The notes under the pieces: model-generated
Told to the model about the DNA's origin: nothing
Seen by the model: the letters and a program-made list of their open reading frames with translations, nothing else
The model's database searches: none
Position numbers and translations under genes: made by a program
Shown here: positions 1 through 13,172 of the stretch, in pieces
Layout of the letters: the number at the start of each line of letters is the position of its first letter
Position numbering within the stretch: position 1 is the stretch's first letter
NCBI GenBank assembly: GCA_977017645.1
Contig: OZ360220.1
Location: forward strand, 161,386,001-161,450,000
Length of the DNA: 64,000 nt
From: Torpedo marmorata
Lineage: Eukaryota
Reading direction: 5' to 3'

Positions 1-953
1 AGGTGCAGGGCTCTGTTCTCACAAGGAGGAACATGGTTGCTGCAGCTTCCTGATCAAGTTCCCCTATGATCAAGTTCCCATATAACCATGAAAACCCCCA
101 TCGGAGCTCTCCCCTCCCCAGCCCACTTGGGCTTCCTCTTTCCACACAAAAATAAATCAGGTGTGCAACCTATCTTGCTGAGTGTAACCTGCCTCTATTG
201 TCATCAGCCTATCTTGTGTTTCCTCTCCATCCTTTTTACAGGTCAGAGGTTGACCCTGAGGACTTTGGCAATAACAAGCCTTCCAGATTTTCACCTCTCT
301 ATGTTCATTTTGTCTCTGTTCTGGGAATGTACACGTGATTGGACTTTGCCATCAGTGAGGAAGTTTACTGTTCACAGAGCTTCCGAGGTCCTTAGCAGAG
401 ATGTCTCGAAGCTTTAATCCAGGATCAGGTCCAAAGTGGCTTCCTTGACAGACGACCAACATATCCATGAGCAGATAAAGCAGAGAGGCATAGTTCTATT
501 AGTTTAAAAATAGTTATGGGAAAAGGCAGCAAACAGTGAGCTGCTGGAGGGACTTAGCAGGTCAGGCAGCATCCGTGGGTAGAAATGGTGGATCAACATT
601 TCAGGTTAGGACCCTTTATCAAGTCTGGATCAGAAAAAAGATAGGACTGGTCCACAAGTTCTACATTGCACAAGGCTGATCTTGACGGCATTTGACATGA
701 ATTTGCAAAGGTTGATTGGGAGAGGCTGTTGTAAATAAAAGAATGTCAGACAAGTGGGAGGCTTGTAAGAGTGAGACAGAGAGAGTTAAAAGTGCAGGGT
801 TTTCCACATGTGTAGTTTCTACATGGTCAAACCAAAATGTACACAAATAACCTTTAATAAAATCTGGAATGTGCACTTTAATCACGTGAACTGTTTGATT
901 TTTACAAAGTAGGGGAATTAAGGGATATGGGGAAAAGACAGGTAGGTGGAGAT

Positions 954-2018
954 ACCATTATTCCCTCAGTGCTGGTCAAGAAGCTACAAACTCTAGGCCT
1001 CCGTACCCCCCTCTACAACTGGACCCTTGACTTTCTCATCGGAAGACCACAGTCAGTACGAATTGGAAACAACGTCTCATCCTCACTGATTATCAACACA
1101 GGCGCACCCCAAGGATGCGTGCTTAGTCCACTGCTCTACTCATTATACACACATGACTGTGTGGCCAGGCACAATTCCAATGTCATATACAAGTTTGTCG
1201 ATGACACCACAGTTGTCGGCAGAATAACAAACGGCAATGAGGAAGCGTACAGGAGGGAGATAGATCAGCTCGTTGATTGGTGTAATGGCAACAACCTTGA
1301 GCTCAACGTCAGCAAAAGCAAGGAGATGATTGTGGACTTCAGGAGGAAGTCAGGGGAACACGACCCAGTCCTCATCGAAGGCTCAGTCGTGGAGAGGGTC
1401 AAGAACTTCAAATTCCTGGGTGTCAACATCTCCGAGGATCTGTCCTGGAGCATCCACGTGGATGCAATCACAAAGAAGGCTCGTCAGTGGCTATACTTTG
1501 TAAGGTGTTTGCGGAGATTCGGTATGTCACCAAAGACTCTTGTAAACTTCTACAGGTGTACCGTGGAGAGCATTCTGGCTGGTTGCATCACTGCCTGGTA
1601 CGGAGGTGCCAACTCCCAGGACAAGAGTAAACTCTAGAAGGTTGTTAACTCAGCCTGTGACATCACAGGCACCAAACTTCACTCCATCGAGGACATATAC
1701 ATGAGGCAGTGTCTTAAAAAAGCAGCCTCTATCCTCAAGGACCCCCACCACCCAGGCCATGCCCTCTTCACTCGGGAAAAAGGTACAGGAGCCTAAAGAA
1801 GAGCACTCAACGGCACAAGGACAGCTTCTTCCCCGCTGCCATCAGATTCCTGAATAATCAATGAACCAAAGACACTGCCTTACTTTTCGTGCACTATTGT
1901 TTATAATTTTTTTATAGTAATGTCGTTAGATGGTTAATATGAATGTTAATTGCACTATGATGCTGCCGCAAAACACCGAATTTCATGACTTGTTCATGAC
2001 AATAAATTCTGATTCTGA
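954..2018 (+). mobile_element. Rex1/Babar-type non-LTR retrotransposon, 5'-truncated (RT C-terminal half plus 3' UTR)
   Basis: ORF 927-1637 has [20 protein letters not shown] and [10 protein letters not shown]. Ends in AATAAA-ttctgattctgat tail and interrupts a CR1 3' tail. Confidence 0.88.
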
Positions 2019-3048
2019 TGAGCCTATCATCAGATCAGCCATTATCTCATTGAATGGCGGAGCAGGCTCGACGGGCCGGATGGCCTATTCCTTATGTTCT
2101 TATGAGAATAAATATTTGCAGTCGCCAGCTGGCTTGATTCTGGAAGTCCAGGAGCTGATTTCCAGGAAATTGCAGGATTCCCCTGGAGACAGGGGTTTGG
2201 GGATGCGGAGCAGGGACTCCCAGCCCTGACACAACTGTGTAGCACATGTTGTCAGACGTTCCCTCGCATCAATGTGAACCTTGGTCACCCAGACCCAGTG
2301 GCTGACCAGACCAATGACCTTGGTTATTTCAACCCTATGATTGACTGGACTGATGAACTTGGCCACGCAGATCTGAATTTTTCACCCATTTAAAACGTCT
2401 GCTGGCAGAGAGCAGTAACTCCTCTCCTGGAGATGGATCCACATCATCCTGATGTTTCTCAGTGGGAATAACCAAGAACTCCGATCAGACTCATTAGAAA
2501 GAAGATTCCCTCACTTTACACCACAATGATGTTGAAGTTCTTGTGTATGCCTTCCAAGTCACTTCTGTCAGACAATTCTCTATTTTCAAGCATTGATTCC
2601 TGCCAATGTACCTCCAGTGGTGAGGGGGGCCCCTCTCAGCTAGGCCCAGTCATCGGGCCCACCTTGTGGCACACTGGTGGATCCCACCTCCTCACTTGCC
2701 TGTGGGAGCTGTGGCGCAAAGTCACGGTCTACGCCGCCAGGAAGATGAAGAAAGACAAATGATTTAAATGGCAGAAATAGGATTTGAATTGACTTGGGCA
2801 GACTTCTTGTTCAGAAGTCTGCTGCTTGTGAGTAAAGCTCTGCTGTCTCCAACTGTGCAGTTCGAGCAATTTGCCAGAGTGGATTTACTCCACTAAGGGC
2901 TACTATCTTTTGTCTAATTTGCTCGTTAAAAGTTTAACATCGGTGACTCCAATGCTGGTTCAACACTGATTAGCTCGGCAGTCCGTTGTTGATAACTTTT
3001 CGACAGCTTCTCGAAGGCCTGGGAGCCTCGGCCTTATCTTTGAGGAGT

Positions 3049-3525
3049 TCATAAGAACACAAGAAATAGGAGCAGGAGTAGGCCATCTGGCCCGTCAAGC
3101 CTACTCCACCATTCAATGAGATCATGGCTGATCTGATGAGAGGCTCATTTCCACCTATCTGTCTTTTCTCCATATCCCTCAATTCCTCTACTATGTAAAA
3201 ATCTTGCCTTAAATATATTTACTGAGGTAGCCTCCACTGCTTCAACAGGCAGCAAATACCACAGATTCACCACCCTCTGGGAAAAGCAGTTCCTTCTCAT
3301 CTCCGTCCTAAATCTACTACCGTGAATCTTGAGACTATGTTCCCTAGTTCTGGTCTCCCTCATCAATGGAAACAACTTGCCTACCTCTAACGTATCTATA
3401 CCTTTCATAATTTAATGTTTCCCTAAGATCCCCTCTCATTCTTCTAAATTCCAGAGTACAGTCCCAGACAACTCAATCTCTCCTCATAGGCTAGCCCCCT
3501 CATCTCAGGAATCAACCTAGTGAAC
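3049..3525 (-). mobile_element. CR1 (HER1-like) LINE 3' fragment
   Basis: ORF reads TREHSLK...FRTEMRRNCFSQRVVNLW, the CR1 ORF2 C-terminus, followed by the conserved tail ending ttcttgtgttcttatg. Confidence 0.88.
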
Positions 3526-4544
3526 AAGTTCAGGAGGCTTTGGCACATTACCAGGGAGCCAGTTCGTGAAGCATCCGGGGATTTCTGTTCATTGCTCTGC
3601 TATCTCATCATCCAGATAAAGGACGCACATCTTGGACTCTCGTTTTGACGTGGGGAATATGGGATGGTGTGCTCTGAGAACTGAGTTAGTATGACTTCAA
3701 TCAACATGAATCCCCCTCCTGTTTTGGACTATTGTTTTATACAGTGGTCTAGTTTTTTTTCCCCCGTAAATATGCCAGACCCTTCTTTTGAAAGAACGGG
3801 GCCCTCCAGGGGTTGCACTGGGCTAGTGACTTAAATGAGCCCAGTGGTCAGGAATGCTTTTTCATCACTGGAAGACGAGAATGCAGTCATGATACTTGTC
3901 ACCATCACAGTTGGAAAATGTATAAAGGCAATGGTGGGGAGCAATGCCACACCAACCATTACAGCAAGTGTGAAAATGGAGGGGAAATCCATGATTTACC
4001 TACAAAACGCAAAGGCGGTGGGCCTAGTCATGAGATGAGTTGATTCATGGACTTACCAACCGACTGTCAAGTCAGAGGCTAGGTTGAGACCACGTTTCAC
4101 ATAGATATGGAGTGTACGAGGGTGCAGCCCCTACTCACGTGCTTGAAGGGGTTGTTCCTCAAGGTTTGGCTACATTTCAGCCCCGTGCTCCTGACTTTTG
4201 GGCACCTGGTACGGAGGAGGGTCAGTTGAGGGTTGTCCTCAGTGGTCTGGTACTGGCCAAGATGGTCCAGGCAGCGGGCAGTCGAGGGTTCAGTTTGGGC
4301 TGACTCTTCTGAGGAAACCTGTGTGCCCGCGTATTCCTGAAGAAGGAGCACTCAGTGCTCAGGGGCAGTTTGGAGGGTCTCCGGGAACAGTTGCCACCCC
4401 TACCCCACCCCTCTCCAAAGGGTTTGACATATTGACGGAGATAATCATGTTTCAATTTGTAACCTAGGTTTTGTGTGAATAGCCTGAATTGTAACTTGTG
4501 GACAAAGAATAATATTGATTTACTGCCAAAAAAACAAAAATAGT

Positions 4545-4790
4545 GCCACCCCGCGGGAGGGGCAGGGTGAGGGGGTGCCACCCCACAGGAGGGGCAGGGT
4601 GGAGGGGGAGTACCGCCCCGCAGGAGGGGCAGGGTGAGGGTGTGCCGCCCCGCAGGAGGGGCAGGGTGAGGGGGGGAGTGCCGCCATGCAGAAGGGGCAG
4701 TGCCAAAGGAGTGCAGTCCTAAGGGAGGGGCAGTGCCAAAGGAGTGCTGCCCTGCGGGAGGGGCAGTACTGGGAGAGTGCCGCCCTGCCC
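4545..4790. repeat. G-rich minisatellite (~30-bp units, ggaggggcagggtgagggggtgccgccccgc)
   Basis: About 7 degenerate copies visible directly. Confidence 0.8.
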
Positions 4791-6644
4791 GAAAATCAGG
4801 CAGGGGGAAAATAATCCGATAATTACTTTCAAGGCTTTTATAAGACGGCAGCAGTTACACTGGACAACAAAGATTTTGCTTCCTGAACACTTTTGGGTGT
4901 ATTTTATGGATTTTGGGCTGCTGATCATGAAAATCTCCTAATTATCAAAGCGAACTTATTGTCTCAGCTCTTGCCACATATTTGCCTGATTTCAGTCCTT
5001 CTGCGCAAATGGTACTCATTGCTTTGTGACTGCTTGTAGACCATCGGCTTGAGTTACTCATGCAGTATTAGCCACTCCACTCAGACACCAGCCTGTATTC
5101 ACTGCCTCCCCCAACCTTTGTTCTGGCCTGCAGCTATTGTTCACCTTCGGCACATGATCTCTTTCACAGATGGCATTGTATCTTTGTTCTTTGCCTCCAT
5201 GATATCGCTGCATAACCAATCGTAAGGTCAGAAGAGTTGTTTTCGTCCTCTTGCTCAAGCAGTTTATCAATTGTCCATCATTAATTCATGCGAGCACCAA
5301 AATGTCATCACGCTATCAGCTGCAGAGGTCAAGGACAACAAGAGCGATGGTATCCTGGATTTTGGAGCTGAAATTACAATGTCTTGCTAGCCCTGGGAGA
5401 GAGCAGATCCAACTGTTGCCTCCTCCCTTCATCCCCCTCTCTGTACCCCAGCATGGACACCCTTCACACCTTCGCCATCGTGCCACTGAGCCGGATTGCA
5501 CACCTGTGAGCATCTGGATCATTGTTTTTACATTGGATTCGTTCCCAATGACAATTATAAACTGGTGCGTCAAATTCAGAATCCTATTTTATGATTACTG
5601 AATCTTGTCTTTAAAATGAAACAAAATTTATTCACAGCCTCACTATTTTAATGAGTACTCCTGATAGGGAAAAAACTCATCTTCAAGCTTTAAAAATCCA
5701 ATTAAAATTCCATAAATATTTGACATTTAATCTAGTCATTGAAAAGAGAATACACAGATTCAACACTTAGAATATCTCGTGAATATTTTATGTAGTCTTT
5801 TCAGTTCCCTAATCATACAGTTCCAATTAAAATACCATAAATATTTGACATTCTATCTGAAATTACTAAAATGAGCACAATTGTACAGATGAAGTTTTTA
5901 GGGAAGATGTTCAATTTGCCTAATCATGGAATATTAATTTTAGAATTGCATTTCTTTCCAAAGCAATCTAACAGGTTCGCCAGTTGAAGACCAGCAAAGC
6001 TTTGTGGAGTTTGAGGATTGTACAATGGAATTTCTCTTCCTCTCTCTTATTTTATATCTATTATTTGCTTTAGATTCAGTGTAAAAGTTGACAAAGAAAC
6101 AGATAGCCACAACTGACCTGAATCAATTCAAGGTGTACATTGGAACCTCATCAGAATCCCCAGCAATGGGTGATTTGCATTCGCGCTATGCCTAAAAGTA
6201 GAACTTTTATTGATTCATGAGCTAAAATTAAAGCACCTTTAATGGAGCAAATGCTAATTAAAAAAGCCTTCAGCTTATCAGAATTGATTCAAATATTGTA
6301 TTCCTGAAATACAGAGAATGTTGGAAACACTCAGCAGTTCAGGAAACATCTGTGGAGAGTTGAGTGAATATTTCTGGTCCAAAGATAGCGAAAGATAGAG
6401 ATCAAAGTTTTGGAGGTTGAGAGAAGGTATTGACTGTGATCAATGAAGAGAGACCGAAATGAGAAGAGTCATGGTGATGTCTGCTTAGAGTGGGCCCGAT
6501 AATCACCACTGTATGGGATGTTAGTTACAGAAATGAAAATGGGGATCAGAATCAAATGTCTGGATTGGTAACTTGTGTACAAACATGTGCACTTGCCAGA
6601 AGAGTTTATTCTTGAGTAAAAAAAAGTGTTAAATCTTTAAATGC

Positions 6645-7760
6645 ATTGCTGCTGCACATGAGGCTGCTTAACAAGATGAGAGCCCATGGAACTACAGGAA
6701 AGATACTAGCATGGGTAGTATCAGCATTGGCTGATCGGCAGGAAACAGAGTGTGGGAATAAAGGGACCCTACTCTGGTTGGCTACTGGTTACCAGTGCAC
6801 CGCAGGGTCAGTGTTGGGGCCACTTCATTTTATGTTGTATGTTAATGATTTGGATTGCACATTAAATGGCTTTGTGGCTAAGTTTGCAGATGATACAACG
6901 ATAGGTGGAGGGGCAGGTAGTGAGGAGGAAACGAAGAGGCTGCTGAGACTTGGACAGATTAGGAGAATGGGCAAAGACGTGGCAAATGAAATACAATGTT
7001 GGAAAATGTATGGTCATGCACTTTGGTAGGAATAAAAGGGCAGACTATTATTTGGATGGGAGAAAATTCAAAATTCGGTGCAAAGGGACTTGGGAGTCCT
7101 CGTGTAGGATACCCGAGAAGTTGGTGGTGAAGGCGGCAAATATAATGTTGTAATTCAGAAGTAGAGAAATAGGATACAAGAGCAGGGATGTGATGTTGAG
7201 GCTTTATAAGGCACTGGTAAGGCCTCACTTGGAGTATGGGGTAGTTATTTCCTTATTTAGGAAAGAATGTGCTGGCATTGGAGAGGGTTCAGAGAAGATT
7301 CACAAGAATGATTCCTGGAATGGAGGGATTAGCATGAGGAATGTTTGATGGCTCTTGGACTGTACCCCTTGGAGTTCAGAATGAAGGGGTACCTCATCAA
7401 AGCATTTTGAATGTTGAAAGGCCTGGACAGAGTAGATGTGACAAAGTTGTTTCCCATGGCAGGGGAGTCTAGGACAAGAGGGCACAACTTCAGGATTGAA
7501 GGGTGCCCTTTTAAAACAGTGATGCAGAGGAATTTCTTTAGCCAGAGTGGTGAACGTCTGGAATTTGCTGCCACAGGCAGCTGTGGAGGCCAGATTAGGT
7601 GTATTTAAGGCAGAGATTGATAGGTATCTGAATAGTCAGGGTATCAAACTTTATGGGGAGAAGGCAAGGGAGTGGGAGAATGCATCAGTCATGTTGGAAT
7701 GCCAGAGCAGACTCGCTGGGCAGAATGGCCAACATCCACTCCTATATCTTGTGGTTTCTT
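6645..7760 (+). mobile_element. CR1 LINE, 5'-truncated and frameshifted
   Basis: GSVLGP, KFADDT, WQMKYNVGKC, RTRGHNF, VVNVWN motifs spread over several frames; CR1 tail. Confidence 0.9.
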
Positions 7761-8537
7761 GAGCTTAATGAAAAGCCCTATCTTTTATAGCAACCTGTAC
7801 AGCCTGAACGTCCAATTGCAAGTACTTTGAAATATACGGTGTACTGTGCAATGAAAGCATTAATTTGGATCTGCTACATTGAGTTGCTGGATTCCAAATC
7901 ATATTTTGCAGAACTGAACTTAGCACAACTTTACAATTGTGACAAATTACTGAAATCATATTTTAAAATGTAGTTAAAAACTGCCCGCCTGTGAATGAAC
8001 TCGAAGGGCTCTGTGAACAGGGTATCTCTATTCATGCAGCCGTATAACGAGTACAATTTACAAAGTGGATTACAAAGAAAGGGAAGATCAATTAGCACCA
8101 AGCAAGGGCAGCATGAGAGCAGTTATGGGGTTCATTCAGGACCCTGATGGTTGCGGGGAAGAAATTTTCTTGCAGCCTGTTGGTACAAGCATTCACCCTT
8201 TTCAGCGCTCAGGAGGGAGAAAGGTGTGCCAGGTCTTTTTTAATAGTTTAGCTGCCTTTCCTGGTCAGCGGGAGATGGAGTCCATGCCATATCCATGTGA
8301 AGGTTTGGGCATCAGCCTTGTCCTACACTCTGTAGTTTTCAACAGAAAGGAGAGAAACCCAGAGTCAGGACCAGACTGAGTAGGAGGCTGCTTGTTTGTT
8401 CTTTGCTGTGTGGCCGTTTGCTTGCCTGTGACTTCTTCCGAGAAAGGTCCGGAAGGTTCCTGCAGTAATCAGAAGTGCCATCAACCCGATGAGGGATTAG
8501 CTGAGGCTAGTCTCAGAGCTGCTGACCTGCACTGTGT

Positions 8538-8685
8538 GGGCTTCAATCACCAAGGGATCAGTTAAGACACATCCTTGTCTGCACAGCGAGGTTGGGGCCA
8601 TGTTGGGTGATGGGCTTCAATCACCAGGGAATCACAGTTAGGACACGTTCCCATGCGCAGTGAGGTTGGGGCCATGTTAGGCAAT
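8538..8685. repeat. Two-copy ~73-bp tandem duplication
   Basis: gggcttcaatcacca...gaggttggggccatgtt occurs at 8538 and 8612. Confidence 0.75.
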
Positions 8686-9799
8686 GGGTTTTCCCATCAA
8701 ATAACACTCCAGCCATGCCTACATGCCAAGGCCAGCATTTGACTACATTTGTGCTGTGTGCACAAGCAGGAGGTGGGGTTGGCAATAGAGCCGTCTCCTG
8801 ATGAGGGGTCATCACCATTAGCAGGGGATGGTGTTGGGGAAAACATGGTTGCATGGATAGAGAAAGACTCCACCTTACACTGATGGCAAACTATCATGCA
8901 CAACAGAGTAAAAAATAAAAATGATTTATTGTCTGAGAGGTTTTGTTTCAGGAAGCTTTTTTCTCCACCCAGGGCTTTTCACGTCAAGTTGCTGCCTAGT
9001 GTTCTGCAGCGTCATCCCAACCCATTGCTTGGAGGGATATTAGAGGAATCAAGGGAGATGGTATTGGTGTGGAAGGTCAAAGATCTGGCACAACCTCAGT
9101 GAATGATGGAAAAGTTTATTGAACACATCTGATACAGTGAGAAGGATTCTTCTGTGAGCAGCCAACAGGTGCAGGAGGGGTTAGTGCAGGATTCATTCAT
9201 TCCCTCAAACCTCACTTAATTTTTGATGCCTGGTGGCTTCTGCTCAAGCATGGAAATGCCGAATCGCTCTTACATTCTTCTTAAACAGAGGAGCTTACTT
9301 ATAGGAAATGCCAGAATCACTGGAGAACTTGGAAAGCACATCTCTGGGATGTTTTTAGATTTAATTGGTTTCAAGACTGTGTACAGTAGGAAGCATTTCA
9401 TATTGCAGAAACTTTTAAACAAAACAATTCATTTCAGAACAGTAAGTCACCATTTTTGTTTAATTCATATATATAGGTGAACAAACCTGACTGCTGCAAA
9501 GATTAGGATGCACAAGATTATTAACAATTCATTGCAAATGGTGCTCTTTTGTATAATGCTTCCCATTCATACACGTCTAATTGAATTAAAAACTACAGGG
9601 TGCTTTACATTGCACAGAATTTTACATACCTTTCAGCCCCAAACATTTGTAATTGTTTCCATCAAAATGAGTGGCAGTTAGGAAGTCATCTGATAATTTA
9701 CAAAAGGGATGATGCAGTAATAACCTTTAGCTGAGTGATAGACTAAAAACCTACAGCTATTTATTCATGGGTTAGATAAATCCAAATACAAAAGAGGCA

Positions 9800-10820
9800 C
9801 ACAGCAAGAAATAGGCCATTTGGCCTCAATACCCATACTGACCCCATTTTCCAACAAAGTGCTTGCCTTGATACTTAAATGTTGGGAGTCTCTGCCTCCA
9901 CCATCCTGGCAGAAAGTGTGCTCTGGATTCCAACTACCCATTGGGAAAAATTTCTTCCTCAGAACCCCTCCAAACCTCACTCTTTTATCCTAAGCTTATA
10001 GCCTCCATTTTTTTAACATGCCTCTATTATGGAGAAACATTTCCTACACTGACAGCCCCAATGATTTTGTACATCTGTCAGAACCCCCTCCCCTAATACC
10101 CCTCTCCACTCTAGGGACAATGAAACTAGCCTCTGTTACTGATGAAAACTCTCCACCCAGGTGATTATCCTGATTCTGCATTGCACCTTTTCCACTGCAA
10201 TAAGCATTCCTTTCGTGTGGCGACCAGAACTGTACACAGTACTTCTGCTATGGTCGAACCAATGTTCTATAAAGTTTTGTCATCACCTCTCTGCTCTTGT
10301 ATTACATCTTGGTTCATGAAGGTACCTATCCCCTGTCCCTTCTTCACCACCTTGTTTACCTGTGTTGCCACCTTGAGTGATCCTTGAATATGGACAGAGG
10401 ACCCTGTTCTTCAATACTCCCTAGAGACCTCCCATTCATTGTGTATGGCCCATCTTTAGTAGTCCTCCCAAAGAAGATCACTTTGCACTTACCAGGATCA
10501 AAATTCCATCTGCCATTACTCTGTCCATCTTGGATTGACATATCCTGAAGCCTTCAAATATCCTCACTATTTACACAGCAGCAAGTGTCCCAGCACTGAT
10601 CCCTGTTGCACACCACCAATCACAAAATCATCCCTCTACTATCTCCCTGCCCATTACCAAATCAATTTTGGATCCATAAGCTCTAACCCTTTGGTTCAGT
10701 CTCCCATGTTAAAGTCCTCACTGAACTCTATGTAAACCATATCTGTCGCATGGCTCTCAGTAGATTTTGTTAGCTCTTCAAAACATCCAATTGGTCAGAC
10801 AGGATCATGTCGACATCACC
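9800..10820 (-). mobile_element. Old degenerate CR1 LINE
   Basis: Minus-strand FDPGKCKVIFFGR, YTMNGRSL and KKFFP..WN remnants. Confidence 0.7.
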
Positions 10821-11776
10821 TACTGCAGCTAGAGTGGACATGGAACTTGGGTAGTGGCCAAATCATTACTCCACTGCTGCACACTCCTGTATTTAGGAAG
10901 AGTCATTAGAAAATACAAAGTATGGACAGCAAAATGAAGACTTCTGAAGGTACAGGAACCACCTGCCTGGGTAATGTTTGAATATACTGAAGGATTCATC
11001 ATCAGAATACTAGTTGGAGGGTGGTAACTCTGCAATGGACAGAGGACCAAGTTTCAGTGGAAGAACAGACCAATACAGTATGCCACTCTATTGTAAAAGA
11101 GTACGCTTGGCAGGAGTAACTACTTCGTATTGCACAACTCCTTTGCAATTTATTTTAGCCAACTTTAGCACAGACAAACAAGGAAGCTGCCAAAAATAAA
11201 ATTAAGAGACTATCTCCATGGATTGTTTTCTTTGGAACAAAGGAGATGAAGAGATTTAATAGTGGTGCACAAAATGATGAGAGCCCATTTCTCTTCGCAG
11301 AGAGGACAATAACACAGGAGCATGCATTTAAATGCAATTGATTACAGAGGAACTGAGAATTATTTTTCCATTAAACAGACTGGAGGTCTGAGAGGCTTGA
11401 GAGTGGGTGAGTACACTTAAAGTGAGGACTTGAGAAGTGTGCCTGTAGGGCCATAGACCAAGCACTGGAAAATGTCTGTGTGGACACAATAGACTCCTTT
11501 TATGCTGTAAAATTTCCTGCTTCATTGATAATGGAAAGGGAGGAGAGTTGCGCCTGTACTGAGCTTCTTTTGATTACCAGTAGTTATGTTCTGTATCCAA
11601 GATTTGGAATCACCTTTGCTGCAGTACTGTCACATTATTTTTGGATTGTTGTATTTTAATATTTGGCTTTGTGTATGGCTTTTAGTTTAAAATAAAACCA
11701 GTTAAAAACAAACAAGTTCAACATTTGCTAACATCTTTGCAGTCTCCGAAGGAGCAGTTATTGCACAATCTTTGTT

Positions 11777-12211
11777 NNNNNNNNNNNNNNNNNNNNNNNN
11801 NNNNNNNNNNNNNNNNNNNNNNNNNNNNNNNNNNNNNNNNNNNNNNNNNNNNNNNNNNNNNNNNNNNNNNNNNNNNNNNNNNNNNNNNNNNNNNNNNNNN
11901 NNNNNNNNNNNNNNNNNNNNNNNNNNNNNNNNNNNNNNNNNNNNNNNNNNNNNNNNNNNNNNNNNNNNNNNNNNNNNNNNNNNNNNNNNNNNNNNNNNNN
12001 NNNNNNNNNNNNNNNNNNNNNNNNNNNNNNNNNNNNNNNNNNNNNNNNNNNNNNNNNNNNNNNNNNNNNNNNNNNNNNNNNNNNNNNNNNNNNNNNNNNN
12101 NNNNNNNNNNNNNNNNNNNNNNNNNNNNNNNNNNNNNNNNNNNNNNNNNNNNNNNNNNNNNNNNNNNNNNNNNNNNNNNNNNNNNNNNNNNNNNNNNNNN
12201 NNNNNNNNNNN
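11777..12211. other. Assembly gap
   Basis: Run of N. Confidence 1.
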
Positions 12212-13172
12212 AAAGTCAGACATTCCTCTTGTTGAACTGATAAATATTTAATATTAAATTCTCATCAAGTTCCACATCAATTTGGACATCAAATTTCATA
12301 GTCTGGGAACTTTCTATTCAGAGAACATGACATTTTAATAATATAAATGACTGTCAGATAACCACTTTGAAATAGCAGACATCTCATATAGAAGATAATA
12401 GTTCCATTGATTTTGACAAGTAATATATAACAGCACCATCTTCAACATTGCAATTTTAGACAACTGCCCATATTAAAGGTGGTTATCAGTACAAAGCCAG
12501 GAGAACACAGGCAGAGTGTAAAACCATGAAGGACCAACTTTGGCTGGGAATTGGTCTCATCTCCCATTAACTGCCGTCTTTCCAACAATTTAGACTGGAA
12601 CCATTGTACTCTGCGCATTTGGTACACACAGACAGGGCATTGGCAGAGACAACAGTAACAAGATTAGAGGGGGGGGGGGTAGGTTTGACCCTGGTGGCTG
12701 CTGGAAGCACAAAATAAACAAGCTACAGATTTTCCACAGCTTAGTGCATACTCCAATCCTGACATGGTGACTTCCATTAAAATGTAACTTTAGCCAATTT
12801 GTAGCAAACTGCACAACCATCACCCACGTCCTTGGTCCAGGAAATACGTTCAATGAACAACACTAACTATTTATTTAGGTTAATAATAGCATAGCCCAAA
12901 AACAGTTCATTGATACCCATCCTGTTATTTCTTCAGTACAGATCAGGGATCAAATTTGGGGAATCCCTGGACTGCTTAGTCCAGGCACACTGGATACAGA
13001 CCCAGTGAGCCATCAGGGGCAGCTCACCCGGAACATCTCAACAAATACAACGTAGATCACAGAAATAAGACACAAAAATGATCACAGTAAGAAAAAGTCA
13101 TGTAATAAAACGGACTTCACCACCTGGGTTAAGTTCTGCTTTAAAGCACCAATGTGTCGGACAAAGAGGCAG

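Noticed and set aside
11702-12251. Long ORFs spanning N runs (also at 35.0-35.4 kb and 38.2-38.7 kb)
   Set aside because: Artefacts of assembly gaps.
12870-12875. AATAAA on the minus strand as the ZNF618 poly(A) signal
   Set aside because: Common by chance in AT-rich DNA; the 3' UTR may extend through the gap and cannot be fixed without transcripts.
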